The notes beneath the pieces were generated by a model. That model was not told where the DNA came from, ran no database searches, and worked only from the letters and a program-made list of their open reading frames with translations. Of a stretch of DNA of 64,000 nucleotides, positions 18,698 to 28,687 are shown piece after piece; the first letter of the stretch is position 1; every line of letters begins with the position of its first letter. This DNA comes from an uncultured bacterium (GTDB taxonomy: Bacteria > Verrucomicrobiota > Verrucomicrobiia > Limisphaerales > UBA8199): positions 320,001 through 384,000 of the forward strand of contig CAVVMW010000014.1 in assembly GCA_963749495.1 (NCBI GenBank), given 5' to 3'. The translations under genes were made by a program, and so were the position numbers.

Positions 18698-21625
18698 CTA
18701 CTGGCGTGAGCGATAGAATTGCTGGGCCGCCTTGGTAATATCCACGTTGTAGGGGCTGCTCGCGCCCTGCACGTCGGCATAAGTGCCGTTGGCGGTTGCG
18801 GCCGACTGCAGGACTCCCGTATAAGTGATCGTCAGCTTGCCGCCGGCCTTGCCGATGGTGATGCTGGGCCTTTGCGCGGGCGCCGGGGCATCGTTGAAGT
18901 CCCAATAGGCGACAAGTTGGGTGGCCGGCGCCAGCGCCGTGGGTGCAGTGCCATTGGCCAGTGCCATCACATCATTCGTGCCCAAGGCCGTCGCAAACAC
19001 GGCAAAATCGTCTATCCAGCCGTGCAGGGTATTGAGGCTGATTGACTGTGCGCCGATGTACATATCGGTGAACTCCGGGGTCAGCGGGTCCGCCCCGCTG
19101 CCATCCACGAAGAACTGGCCGTCAATCCAGATGACCTTATAGTCGGCACTCTTGGTGAAGGCGAAGTGGTGCCAACTGTTCCACCAACCGGGGCCGGTAT
19201 AGCTTGGCAGCGTGGTGGCGCTAACCGTAGCGGTAATTCGCGTGTTGCCGCCGCAGCAACCCATGGTGTCGAAATAGACCCCGTTGCCGGTGTCCCAAGG
19301 GGTATGGGCTTGGATGCCTCGGCCGCCGGCGTTCGCATTGGTGGTGTTGGCCCAGAACGCAGAGCAGTTGGCGTTGTCGATCTTCTTGACCCAGATGGAG
19401 AAGGTCACCTGATCGTTGGGCGCGAGGGCGTTGAGGAAGCTGCCCGCCTGTGGGACATAGATGTCCCCGCCCGTCAGCGGGAGGGACACGGCATAATCGC
19501 CGGTTTTGCCGGAATGGCCGCCGCCATTGGCGGTGTAGGCCGCATCGAGCTGCAGGAAGCCCATATCGCCGTTGACCTTGTCCTTCGAGTAGGTCGAGAC
19601 CGTGAATTGCCATTGCCGGGTCACCTGGTTGGTGCCGTCAGTGAAAAGCAAGGCGGCTGTGTGGGCGGATTGTGAGGCAAAGAACGGGGCGGGCACGTAA
19701 GAGACGGTGGTGACGGCGCCGGCTTTGGTTACGGTAGCGGCCACCGCGGCGCCATCGACCTTGAGGCTGACGCTGCTGGCCAGGACAGGGTTGAGCCCGT
19801 CCACAATCGCGGCCTGGACCAGGGTCGGATCACCGGTGGTCGAACCGGCCGCCGGCGAGACGCTCCTGACGTAAGCGGCGGTGATCTTCGGCAGCCATTG
19901 GTAGGCCTGGATGGCATTGGTAACGTCATTGATCAGGACCCGCGTGCCATCGGGGTTGATCATGAACCATTCGAGGTTGGCGCCCCCGGTCCCCTGCTCA
20001 TAGACGGTCCTGAACCCGTAGAGACCCGCCTGCTGGATAATGAAAAGGAAGGCCGTATCGGCTGAGCCGCGCCCCCCGGTCGAACCGTACTCGCCCAGCG
20101 TCAAGCCGAGGAAGGCATCCGATGGATTGGTGCCGGTGAAGGTCGCGAAATCGTCGTCGCTATTGCAGACCATCTGATAGAGCCCGGGGGCGGTAAAGTC
20201 GAGCGCCGCAAAGAGTTCGCACGCGAAGTGCTCCGTTGGCACGGCGGTCACCGTGTTGCCGGGTATCCCGGGAAACGGACTGTCGGTGTAAGCCGGATCA
20301 TTGAACGACCCGTCCTGAGCGGTCGTGTTGATGTCGAAGTTCACGAGGCCGGGCCAACTGAAAAACCCGTTGGTGTCCGCCCCGCCCGCGTCATTCAGGT
20401 TGGCGACGTTGGGTCCGTAAACCCCCGAGAGGATATCCTCGGCAACCTGGATGCCGTTGCCCGTGGCGGTGTTGTCCACCTGGTAGGTCCGGATCTTGAA
20501 ACCGGGCCTGGTCGTGTCCACGCTGGCGGGGGCCAAGGCCATGCCAGGGGTCACGATGCTGTAGGCCGGCACCGCGAACGAATTGGTCGCAGAGAAGAGG
20601 TCCCCGCTCTTGTCCTTGATGGTCAGGACGGTGACTTGACTGGAGCCGGCCGGGAAGGGGTTGGCCAAGTTGGTATAGGCAATCGTGGCGACGATGCCGC
20701 TCTTGGTCACCGAAGTGGGCGTGATGTTGGTTCCGTTCAAGGTCAGCACAACGGTGTTGGTGTCGGAAACGGTCGCGCCCAAATCGGTCACATTGATGGC
20801 AAAGCCCACGGGCGAGCCGACCGGAGCGCCGAGGGCAATCGCCGGGGCGTCGTTGAAGTCCCAGTAAGCCAGGAGTTGGGCGGAGGCGCCCAGCGCATCC
20901 GGGGCCGTGCCGGCGAAGAGCTGGCCGATTTGGGCTGCGGTCAAGGCCGTGGCGTACACGGCAAAATCGTCGATCAGCCCGTGGAGGTTCGAGTTGTTGG
21001 GTGCAATCGCCCCCAAGTACATGTCGGTGAAGTCCGTCGGCAGGGGGTCGGCACCGGTCCCTTCCAGGAAGAGCTGCCCGTCAATGTAAATATCCTTGGT
21101 CCCGGCGTTCTTCTCGAACACGAAGTGGTGCCAGGTGGTCCACCAAGTGTCATCGGTATAGGAGCCGAAAGAGGAGATGGGGGCGGAGATGCGAGTGTTG
21201 GCGCCGCAGCAGCCGGCCGTGTCGAAATAGATCACGTCGTCACTCCAGGGCACGTGTGCCTGCCAGCCACGGTTGCCGCCGGCGCTGGTGGAATTGGCCC
21301 AGAAGGCAGAGCAGGCGGTGGCGACGTCATAGTGCCGGATCCAGATCGAGAAGCTCATCTGGTCGTTGGTGGCCGCGATATTCAGGAAGGCCGCGTTGGT
21401 AATCCAGATCAGCGTTTGGCCGCCGCTGGTGCCGAAATCTATGGCGTGGTCGGCTGCCGTGCCGGTGTGGCTTTGACTGGACGGCGAGAAAACCGCGGCG
21501 CCTTCCAGGAGGCCGATATACCCGTGGAGTTTGTCTTTGGTCACGTTCTGGCCAAAAACGGGGGTTGCGAGGCTGAGTGCGAGAAACGCGCTGCCAACAA
21601 TGAGTTTAAGAGGCTTGCTTGCCAT
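18698..21625 (-). CDS. Secreted protein with two LamG/concanavalin-like jelly-roll domains, central PA14-like domain and C-terminal 'QFYR' domain
   Basis: Signal peptide; repeated WHHF..K...IDGQ..G.IDDFAV...AYWDFND; central NSDDDFA..YEQGTGGANLEW; C-terminus GVLQSA...SSPY..QQFYRSRQ. Confidence 0.8.
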   Translation of the reverse strand: MASKPLKLIVGSAFLALSLATPVFGQNVTKDKLHGYIGLLEGAAVFSPSSQSHTGTAADHAIDFGTSGGQTLIWITNAAFLNIAATNDQMSFSIWIRHYDVATACSAFWANSTSAGGNRGWQAHVPWSDDVIYFDTAGCCGANTRISAPISSFGSYTDDTWWTTWHHFVFEKNAGTKDIYIDGQLFLEGTGADPLPTDFTDMYLGAIAPNNSNLHGLIDDFAVYATALTAAQIGQLFAGTAPDALGASAQLLAYWDFNDAPAIALGAPVGSPVGFAINVTDLGATVSDTNTVVLTLNGTNITPTSVTKSGIVATIAYTNLANPFPAGSSQVTVLTIKDKSGDLFSATNSFAVPAYSIVTPGMALAPASVDTTRPGFKIRTYQVDNTATGNGIQVAEDILSGVYGPNVANLNDAGGADTNGFFSWPGLVNFDINTTAQDGSFNDPAYTDSPFPGIPGNTVTAVPTEHFACELFAALDFTAPGLYQMVCNSDDDFATFTGTNPSDAFLGLTLGEYGSTGGRGSADTAFLFIIQQAGLYGFRTVYEQGTGGANLEWFMINPDGTRVLINDVTNAIQAYQWLPKITAAYVRSVSPAAGSTTGDPTLVQAAIVDGLNPVLASSVSLKVDGAAVAATVTKAGAVTTVSYVPAPFFASQSAHTAALLFTDGTNQVTRQWQFTVSTYSKDKVNGDMGFLQLDAAYTANGGGHSGKTGDYAVSLPLTGGDIYVPQAGSFLNALAPNDQVTFSIWVKKIDNANCSAFWANTTNANAGGRGIQAHTPWDTGNGVYFDTMGCCGGNTRITATVSATTLPSYTGPGWWNSWHHFAFTKSADYKVIWIDGQFFVDGSGADPLTPEFTDMYIGAQSISLNTLHGWIDDFAVFATALGTNDVMALANGTAPTALAPATQLVAYWDFNDAPAPAQRPSITIGKAGGKLTITYTGVLQSAATANGTYADVQGASSPYNVDITKAAQQFYRSRQ

Positions 21626-21888
21626 AAGATCACAATCTCCAGGCTTGTTTGCTGCGGGAAGACCGCCGCCGAATCGGACGGCCAATCGGGTTTGGCCTTC
21701 GCCCCAGTTCGTTTACGTGCTCACTATCCCAAGCAGGGCGGCAACCGAAGCGCCGCACGCTGAATTGGACTGTTAAAGGAGATTTTAATGGCTGGCCCGG
21801 CGGAGTCTGTGCCCTGGGCGGCAAATTTTGTGTCTTTTTCGGACTTCGGGATTGACCGGTTCCCCGGGGCCTGATAACGAATAGGGCC

Positions 21889-22793
21889 ATGTCTTGCTCT
21901 GCCCTGCGCCGGCGCAACCGGGGGGCCTATTCCAGCCCGTTCTCCGGGGTTGGGATGGAGTTCTTTCCGCTGGGGGTGCTGCCGGATCAGTCCGGGGTGG
22001 TCCTGCACGAAGCGGGTTACGTGCCCAAGAATGATTATTGGGCCTTCCCCAACACGCTCAGCCCGTTCTGGCGCCTCTATTTCAACGGACTGCCCGGCCA
22101 CAAGGTCCTCTTCCCCGGCGCCGAATACCCACTGACGCCCGAACATCTCATGCTCATCCCGGACCATCAGCTCTTCCATTCGGTCGGCCGGGGCCCGGTG
22201 CCGCATTGGTGGCTCACGTTCAATGTCGCGCGGCGGCTCGATGCGCGGCAGCCGACCCGATCCTGCTGCGGCCTACGGCCTTCGAGCGCCACTTGCTGCG
22301 GCGCCTGGCCCTGAGCTTTAGCGGCGTCGGCGAAGGGGATCGCGAGCGAGTCCTCCACACCAGCCTGGCCTTGCTGCACGACGTGCTGATCCGGCCGGAG
22401 ATTCACTGGCAGCAGCAGGCGCTCTCCGAGAGTTTGCGCCGGGCCTTGCACCGCATCGAAACCGAATATGCCAAGCCGTTGCGCGTGGCCGACCTCGCGC
22501 GCACGGCGGGGCTGTGCGTGCGCGGGTTTGCCAAGGCCTTCAAGGAGTGCCGGGGCATAACTCCGGGCCGATTCCTCAGCCAGGTGCGCGTGCGCGAGGC
22601 CGCCAGTCTGCTGGCCAATACCCAAACCAGCATCGAGGAAATAGCCGAGGCAACCGGTTTCCCCAGCCGCCATTACCTGAGCCGCATCTTCAAGCGGCTC
22701 CTCGGCGACTCCCCTGCCCATTTTCGACAACGCCAGACGCTGAACCACGAACCGGGGGCGCCCCTCGCCTTTCCACTCTCCGGGTCTCCATGA
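21889..22793 (+). CDS. AraC family transcriptional regulator, frameshift at ~22256
   Basis: Cupin-like N-terminus; LRVADLARTAGL..GFAKAFK and SIEEIAEATGFPSRHYLSRIFKR..SPAHFR. Confidence 0.88.
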
Positions 22794-23019
22794 ACGCCCG
22801 CCAAGCCCGAAGGTTTTGGACCGCGCTCCCGAGGCTTCGGGGCCGCTTTTTGGACCGTGGGAACGCAAAAGCGCCAGAGGACTGGCGCAGTCCAAAACGC
22901 TTCGCGTCCTCGCCCTCACGTCCCCGCTTCGTCATTCGTCATTCGTCATTCCGTCATTCGTCATTCGTCATTCCATTCGCCCCTCGACACTCGTCCCCAG
23001 CCTCGGCATACTCCCGAAT

Positions 23020-26000
23020 ATGAACTCATCGAAACTCCTGAACGCAGTTCTCCTGGCGGTCCTTTCCATCACGCTGGCGCCGGGCCCGGCCCGGGCCGCC
23101 GAGTCGGAGGCTGAGCGCAACCAGCGCATGGCCTGGTTCCGAGAAGCCCGTTTCGGTCTGTTCATTCACTGGGGCGTCTATTCCGTGCCCGCCGGCGAGT
23201 GGCAGGGCAACACCGGCTACGCCGAGTGGTTCCTCGAGGAGACCAAGATGAAGGTCTCGCAGTATGAGAAATTCGCCGGGCAGTTCAACCCGGTGAAGTT
23301 CAATGCCGCCGAGTGGGTGCGCATGGCCAAGGATGCCGGCATGAAATACATCGTCATCACGTCGAAACACCACGACGGTTTTGGCATGTTCCGCTCGGAG
23401 GCAACCGATTGGTGCATCAAGTCAACGCCCTTCCAGCGCGACCCGCTGGAGGAACTGGCCGGGGCCTGCAAAGAGGCCGGCATCAAGCTTTGCTTCTACC
23501 ATTCCATCATGGACTGGCACCACCCGGATTGGGGCACCCGCCGGGCGTGGAATGACAAGGCCGGCGGCACCCCCGATATGGACCGCTACACCGCCTACAT
23601 GAAGGGCCAGCTCAAGGAGTTGCTCACCCGCTACGGCCCCATCGGGATCCTGTGGTTCGACGGCGAATGGGAAAGCCCCTGGACCCATGAGCGGGGCGTT
23701 GACCTCTACAACTACGTGCGTGGACTCCAGCCGAACATCATCATCAACAACCGCGTGGGCAAGGCCCGTGCCGGCATGTCGGGCATGGACCAGGGCAACG
23801 AGCGGATCGGCGACTACGGCACGCCCGAACAGGAAATCCCGGCCACCGGGTCCGGCCCGGCAATGGATTGGGAATCGTGCATGACGATGAACAACCACTG
23901 GGGCTACAACGCGCACGACCAGAACTGGAAGTCGGCCACGACCCTCATCCGGAACCTGATCAACTGCGCCAGCAAAGGCGGCAACTACCTCCTCAACATC
24001 GGCCCCACCTCCGAGGGTCTCTTCCCGGAGGCCTCCGTCCAGCGCCTGGCCGAGATCGGCAAATGGATGAAGGCCAACAGCGAGGCCATCTATGGCACCC
24101 AGGCCAGCCCGTTTGACAAGCTGGTCTGGGGCCGCTGCACGCAAAAACAGCTCGGCGATTCCAGGACCCGCCTCTATCTCCATGTGTTCGATTGGCCCGC
24201 CGACGGCAAGCTAGTTCTGCCCGGCCTGGCCAACACGCCGCTCAAGGCCTTTCTCCTGGACGGCGGCCAGGAAGTCCAAACAGCCGCGGCCGACAACCGG
24301 GTCACCCTCTCCCTGCCCGCCGTCACCCCGAACCCGCACGCCACGGTCGTCGCCCTGGACATCCAAGGCAAGCCCGAGGTCATCAAGCCCGACCCTTATG
24401 CCGATGAAACCCCGGCGCAACACGACGCCCGCATGCAATGGTGGCGCGAGGCGCGCTTCGGCATGTTCGTTCATTGGGGCGTCTATTCGGTCCCGGCCGG
24501 CACTTACAATGGCAAACGCATCGGGAGCATCGGCGAGTGGATCATGCACAATGGCCGCATCCCCGTCGCCGAGTACCGGGCCTACGCCCAACAGTTCAAC
24601 CCGGTCAAATATGACGCCGACGAATGGGTGCGCACCGCCAAGGAGGCCGGCATGAAGTACATCATTATCACCTCCAAACACCACGACGGCTTTGCCATGT
24701 TCGACTCCAAGGCCAGCGATTGGAACATCGTGAGGGCCTCGCCTTTCGGCCGCGACCCGCTCAAGGAACTGGCCGAGGCCTGCCGCAGGCACGGGCTCAA
24801 GCTCGGCTTCTACTATTCGCAAGCCCAGGACTGGAACAACCCGGGCGGCGCCGCCGCCGGCGGCCACTGGGACAAGGCCCAGGACGGCAATATGACCGAC
24901 TACATCCGCAACGTGGCGGCGCCGCAGGTGCGCGAAATCCTGAGCAACTACGGCCCCATCGCCGTGCTCTGGTGGGACACGCCGGTGGACATGACCCGCG
25001 AGCGCGCAGACCTGCTCCTGCCGCTGCTCCGCCTCCAGCCCGGCATCATTTACAACAACCGCCTGGGCGCCGGCTATCGCGGCGACACCGAGACGCCCGA
25101 GCAGTTCGTCCCGCCCACGGGCTACCCGGGCCGTGATTGGGAGACCTGCATGACCATGAACGATACCTGGGGCTACAAGAGCTACGACAGCAATTGGAAG
25201 AGCGCCCAAACCCTCATCCGCAACCTCGTGGACATCGCCAGCAAGGGCGGCAACTACCTGCTCAACGTCGGCCCCACTTCCGAGGGGCTCATCCCCGCAC
25301 CCTCGGTCGAGCGCCTGCAAGAGATTGGCAAATGGATGAAGGCCAACAGCGAAGCTATCTACGCCACCACCGCCAGCCCCTTCAAGCGCCTGCCCTGGGG
25401 CCGCTGCACCAAGAAACTCACCCCCGAGGGCGCCACCCTCTATCTGCACGTCTTTGACTGGCCGGCCGACGGCAAGCTCCTGGTGCCCGGACTCAAGAAC
25501 CCGGTCATCAAGGCCAGCCTCCTGGCCGGCCCCCAACGGGACTCCCTCCACGTCGAGCGCACGGCGGAGGGACCGCTCGTCTCGGTCCCAGCCGCGCGGC
25601 CCGATCCGGTCTCATCCACCGTCGTCCTCCAAATCACAGGCCCGCCCGAGGTCGCTCCCGTCAGCCTCTCCCAGGATTTCGACGGCTCGCTCCTCCTGCC
25701 TGCCGCAGAGGCCCGCGTTCACGGCCAGCAGGCCAAATTCGAGTCCGGCCCCGACCACGACAACATCGGGTTCTGGCTCGACCCCAAGGACTGGGTGGAC
25801 TGGGAAATCCAGATCACCAAGACCGGCAAGTTCGAGGTCAGCGTCGAGATCGCGGCGCCCAAGGCCGCCTCCATCGAAATCTCGATGGGCGAGCAGAAGC
25901 TCAAAGGCGCCGCCCGCGTCACCGGTGATTATGTCCGCTACCGGGTCGTCAGGCTCGGCACCCTCGAACTCGGCTCGACCGGCAAGGTGACCCTCGCCGT

Positions 26001-26067
26001 TCACCCGGTCGAAGACGGCTGGCACCCGATCAACCTGAGGTCAGTCCGGCTCAGGCCGGCCAAGTGA
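23020..26067 (+). CDS. Alpha-L-fucosidase with two tandem GH29 modules and C-terminal CBM-like domain
   Basis: Two copies of W(F/W)REARFG(L/M)F.HWG, TSKHHDGF, LW(F/W)D (nucleophile), WE.CMTMN..WGY, KGGNYLLN.GP; signal peptide. Confidence 0.95.
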   Translation: MNSSKLLNAVLLAVLSITLAPGPARAAESEAERNQRMAWFREARFGLFIHWGVYSVPAGEWQGNTGYAEWFLEETKMKVSQYEKFAGQFNPVKFNAAEWVRMAKDAGMKYIVITSKHHDGFGMFRSEATDWCIKSTPFQRDPLEELAGACKEAGIKLCFYHSIMDWHHPDWGTRRAWNDKAGGTPDMDRYTAYMKGQLKELLTRYGPIGILWFDGEWESPWTHERGVDLYNYVRGLQPNIIINNRVGKARAGMSGMDQGNERIGDYGTPEQEIPATGSGPAMDWESCMTMNNHWGYNAHDQNWKSATTLIRNLINCASKGGNYLLNIGPTSEGLFPEASVQRLAEIGKWMKANSEAIYGTQASPFDKLVWGRCTQKQLGDSRTRLYLHVFDWPADGKLVLPGLANTPLKAFLLDGGQEVQTAAADNRVTLSLPAVTPNPHATVVALDIQGKPEVIKPDPYADETPAQHDARMQWWREARFGMFVHWGVYSVPAGTYNGKRIGSIGEWIMHNGRIPVAEYRAYAQQFNPVKYDADEWVRTAKEAGMKYIIITSKHHDGFAMFDSKASDWNIVRASPFGRDPLKELAEACRRHGLKLGFYYSQAQDWNNPGGAAAGGHWDKAQDGNMTDYIRNVAAPQVREILSNYGPIAVLWWDTPVDMTRERADLLLPLLRLQPGIIYNNRLGAGYRGDTETPEQFVPPTGYPGRDWETCMTMNDTWGYKSYDSNWKSAQTLIRNLVDIASKGGNYLLNVGPTSEGLIPAPSVERLQEIGKWMKANSEAIYATTASPFKRLPWGRCTKKLTPEGATLYLHVFDWPADGKLLVPGLKNPVIKASLLAGPQRDSLHVERTAEGPLVSVPAARPDPVSSTVVLQITGPPEVAPVSLSQDFDGSLLLPAAEARVHGQQAKFESGPDHDNIGFWLDPKDWVDWEIQITKTGKFEVSVEIAAPKAASIEISMGEQKLKGAARVTGDYVRYRVVRLGTLELGSTGKVTLAVHPVEDGWHPINLRSVRLRPAK

Positions 26068-26091
26068 GGGGGCGCGCCCGCAGCCTCCGTC

Positions 26092-26420
26092 ACCGCGTAG
26101 CGGCCCGCGGAGCTATCAGGCGTCGCTACGCGGCGCTCGATCATTCCCGTGCGCCAAACCGTGGACCAAGGTCCACGGCTACCTTCACTGCGTCGCTCCG
26201 CAACGCGCGGGCTGCGTCCGGCCCACCGCGTAGCGGTGCCCGATGGTAGCCGTGGACTTCCAGTCCACGGATCATTGGCCCATGGCGAGCCGCGTCGCGT
26301 AGCGACGCCTGAAAACCGCGATGCTGTCAGGCGTCGCTGCGCGACGCTCGAACATCCTGGCGCGCCAAACCGTGGACCGAGGTCCACGGCTAACTTCTCT
26401 GCGTCGCTCCGCAACGCGAC
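26092..26420. repeat. Family B REP-like cluster (multiple units)
   Basis: Repeated GGCGTCGCTACGCG, CCGTGGAC-N4/5-GTCCACGG, GCGTCGCTCCGCAACGC. Confidence 0.85.
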
Positions 26421-26435
26421 GAATCCTGCCCGGGC

Positions 26436-26789
26436 TCATTTCGCCACGTTCTCGGCGTAGATCTTGGCCTCCAGCTCCGTAATCCGGCCGTCTCTGTTCG
26501 TGTCGCACCTCTCGACGGCACGGTTAAAGGCGCCGTTCGAGCCGCTCACGACGTGGCGGGTGTGGTGGAACAGAACCGGGATTTCGAATTTGGTGGTGGT
26601 CTCGGACCGGTTCTCATAGCCCGGCGCCTTGCTCAGGGCCTCGTAGAAAATCCGGGCCGCAGTCTCGTTTTCGAACTGGACCTTCACCCGCTTGGCCTCC
26701 CTCGTCACCGTCTCATCGCACGAAATGCAACCGGCGAACAACAGCCCTCCAGCCGAGGCAGCCGCTAGTTTAAGGATCGTTGTCTTCAT
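26436..26789 (-). CDS. Small lipoprotein with EF-hand-like loop
   Basis: Lipobox LFAGC; C-terminal DTNRDGRITELE. Confidence 0.75.
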   Translation of the reverse strand: MKTTILKLAAASAGGLLFAGCISCDETVTREAKRVKVQFENETAARIFYEALSKAPGYENRSETTTKFEIPVLFHHTRHVVSGSNGAFNRAVERCDTNRDGRITELEAKIYAENVAK

Positions 26790-26872
26790 AAGGCGGGAGC
26801 TTAAGAAGACTCACACGGAAGGCCAGTTCAAAATCCGCTTGAAGCCCGGGCCAGGGCGTGGTTTGTATTGGA

Positions 26873-26967
26873 AACCTTTGTCGCAACCTTTGTCGCAACC
26901 TTTGTCGAATGTGCCATTTCCTCGACAAAGGCTGCGACAAAGGCTGCGACAAAGGTGCCGACAAAGG
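26873..26967. repeat. Family E inverted 12-mer arrays (ACCTTTGTCGCA)n ... (TGCGACAAAGG)n
   Basis: Same architecture at 41107-41190, 53110-53400 (x2) and 57156-57238. Confidence 0.9.
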
Positions 26968-26979
26968 CGCGGAATTCTT

Positions 26980-28575
26980 ATGAACGACTCGAGTATTCGG
27001 AACACACGGCGCGACTTCCTGGGGCGGTGGGCGGCGGTCGCCGCGATTGCGGCGGTTGCCCGGAGCGGGTCCTGCCGGGCGGCGGAGGGCGCCACTGGGG
27101 GAAGGCAGTTTGATGTCCGGGAGTTTGGGGCCAAAGGCGATGGCCAGACGCTGGACACGGCCGCTCTGCAGCGGGCCATCGAGGCCTGCGCGGGCCACGG
27201 AGGGGGGACAGTGCATTTCCCCGCGGGGCGCTACCTGAGCGGGACCCTCGTCCTCAAGAGTTGGGTGACGCTCGAATTGGACGCCGGGGCAACCTTGCTC
27301 GGCAGCACCCGGCTGGAGGATTATCCGCCCACGGTCAGTTCGATCCGCTCGTTCACGGACACCTACACGGAGCGCAGCCTGATTTATGGCGAGCACCTCC
27401 AGCGCGTCACGCTGCAAGGCCGGGGCACCATCGACGGCCAGGGCGGTGCATTCAAAGGCCCGTACCACGTCAGGCCCTACCTGGTCCGGATGGCAGGATG
27501 CCGGGAGGTCCTGGTGCGCAACCTCACGTTGCGCGACTCGCCGATGTGGGTGCAGCACTACCTGGCCTGCGACGACGTGCGAATCGAGGGCGTCACCGTG
27601 GCCAGCAAGTGCAATGCGAACAATGACGGCATTGACATCAACGGCTGCCGGCGCGTGCGCATTGCCCAGTGCGACATCCAGTCCGGCGATGACGCGATCG
27701 TGCTCAAGAGCACGCTGGAGCGGGCGTGCGAACAAGTGACGGTGAGCAATTGCACCCTCAACAGCGACTGCAACGCCTTCAAGCTGGGCACCGAGTCCAA
27801 CGGCGGTTTCCGCAACATCCTGCTGAGCAACTGCGCCATTTATGACACGCGCCTGGCAGGGATTGCCCTCGAAACCTTGGACGGCGGCGTCCTGGACGGC
27901 GTGAGCATCTCCAACGTCGCCATGGAGAACGTCCGCTGCCCCATATTCGTGCGGCTGGGAAACCGGGCGCGGCCATTCCAGGCGGGGATGCCCAGGCCGG
28001 CGCCGGGCGCGCTGCGCAATGTGAGCTTGTCCGACATCCAGGCGAGCGGGGCAGACCGCATCGGTTGCTGCATCGCCGGCATGCCGGGACGCTCGATCCA
28101 GAATCTGATGCTCCGCAATATCCGGATCGCCTTTGCCGGCGGCGGCACAGAAGCCGATGCGCAACGGCAGATCCCCAAGAAGGCGGAGGCCTACCCCGAG
28201 TATTCGATGTTCGGCGTCCTGCCCGCCTATGGCTTTTACTGCCGGCACGCGCTCAACGTGAGGTTCCATGACGTTGAGGTGAGCGCCGCGGCGGCCGATG
28301 CCAGGCCCTCGTTGATGTGCGACGATGTGGATGGCCTGCGGGTCATGGCATGGAGAGCCCCCGCGGCGGGCGTTGGGCCAGTCCTGCGGTTGGAGGACGT
28401 GCGCGATGGCCTGGTCCAAGGCTGCATCGCAGCCTCCGGGACCGCCGCTTATTTACGGGTGGGCGGCGCCAGGTCGGCGGACATCCGGCTCCTGGCCAAC
28501 GACCTGCGCAAGGCGCGCAAGGACGTGGAGGTTGGCCCCGAGGTCCCACCAGGAACGGTCGAGCACAAAGGCTAA
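26980..28575 (+). CDS. Tat-exported GH28 (polygalacturonase-like) glycoside hydrolase
   Basis: TRRDFL Tat motif; FGAKGDGQTLDTAALQRAI, NNDGIDI, GDDAIVLKS, KLGTES. Confidence 0.9.
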   Translation: MNDSSIRNTRRDFLGRWAAVAAIAAVARSGSCRAAEGATGGRQFDVREFGAKGDGQTLDTAALQRAIEACAGHGGGTVHFPAGRYLSGTLVLKSWVTLELDAGATLLGSTRLEDYPPTVSSIRSFTDTYTERSLIYGEHLQRVTLQGRGTIDGQGGAFKGPYHVRPYLVRMAGCREVLVRNLTLRDSPMWVQHYLACDDVRIEGVTVASKCNANNDGIDINGCRRVRIAQCDIQSGDDAIVLKSTLERACEQVTVSNCTLNSDCNAFKLGTESNGGFRNILLSNCAIYDTRLAGIALETLDGGVLDGVSISNVAMENVRCPIFVRLGNRARPFQAGMPRPAPGALRNVSLSDIQASGADRIGCCIAGMPGRSIQNLMLRNIRIAFAGGGTEADAQRQIPKKAEAYPEYSMFGVLPAYGFYCRHALNVRFHDVEVSAAAADARPSLMCDDVDGLRVMAWRAPAAGVGPVLRLEDVRDGLVQGCIAASGTAAYLRVGGARSADIRLLANDLRKARKDVEVGPEVPPGTVEHKG

Positions 28576-28687
28576 AGGCACTTTGAAAGGCTAAAGGCTA
28601 AAGGCTAAAGGCTAAAGTGAAAAAGCCCCAACAGTGCGTGTGCTTCTTGACTTTAGCCTTTAGCCTTTAGCCTTTAGCCTTTAGCTT
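28568..28687. repeat. Inverted AAGGCTA / TAGCCTT heptamer arrays between convergent genes
   Basis: 28568-28617 and 28651-28687; they overlap the stop codons of both flanking genes. Confidence 0.9.
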
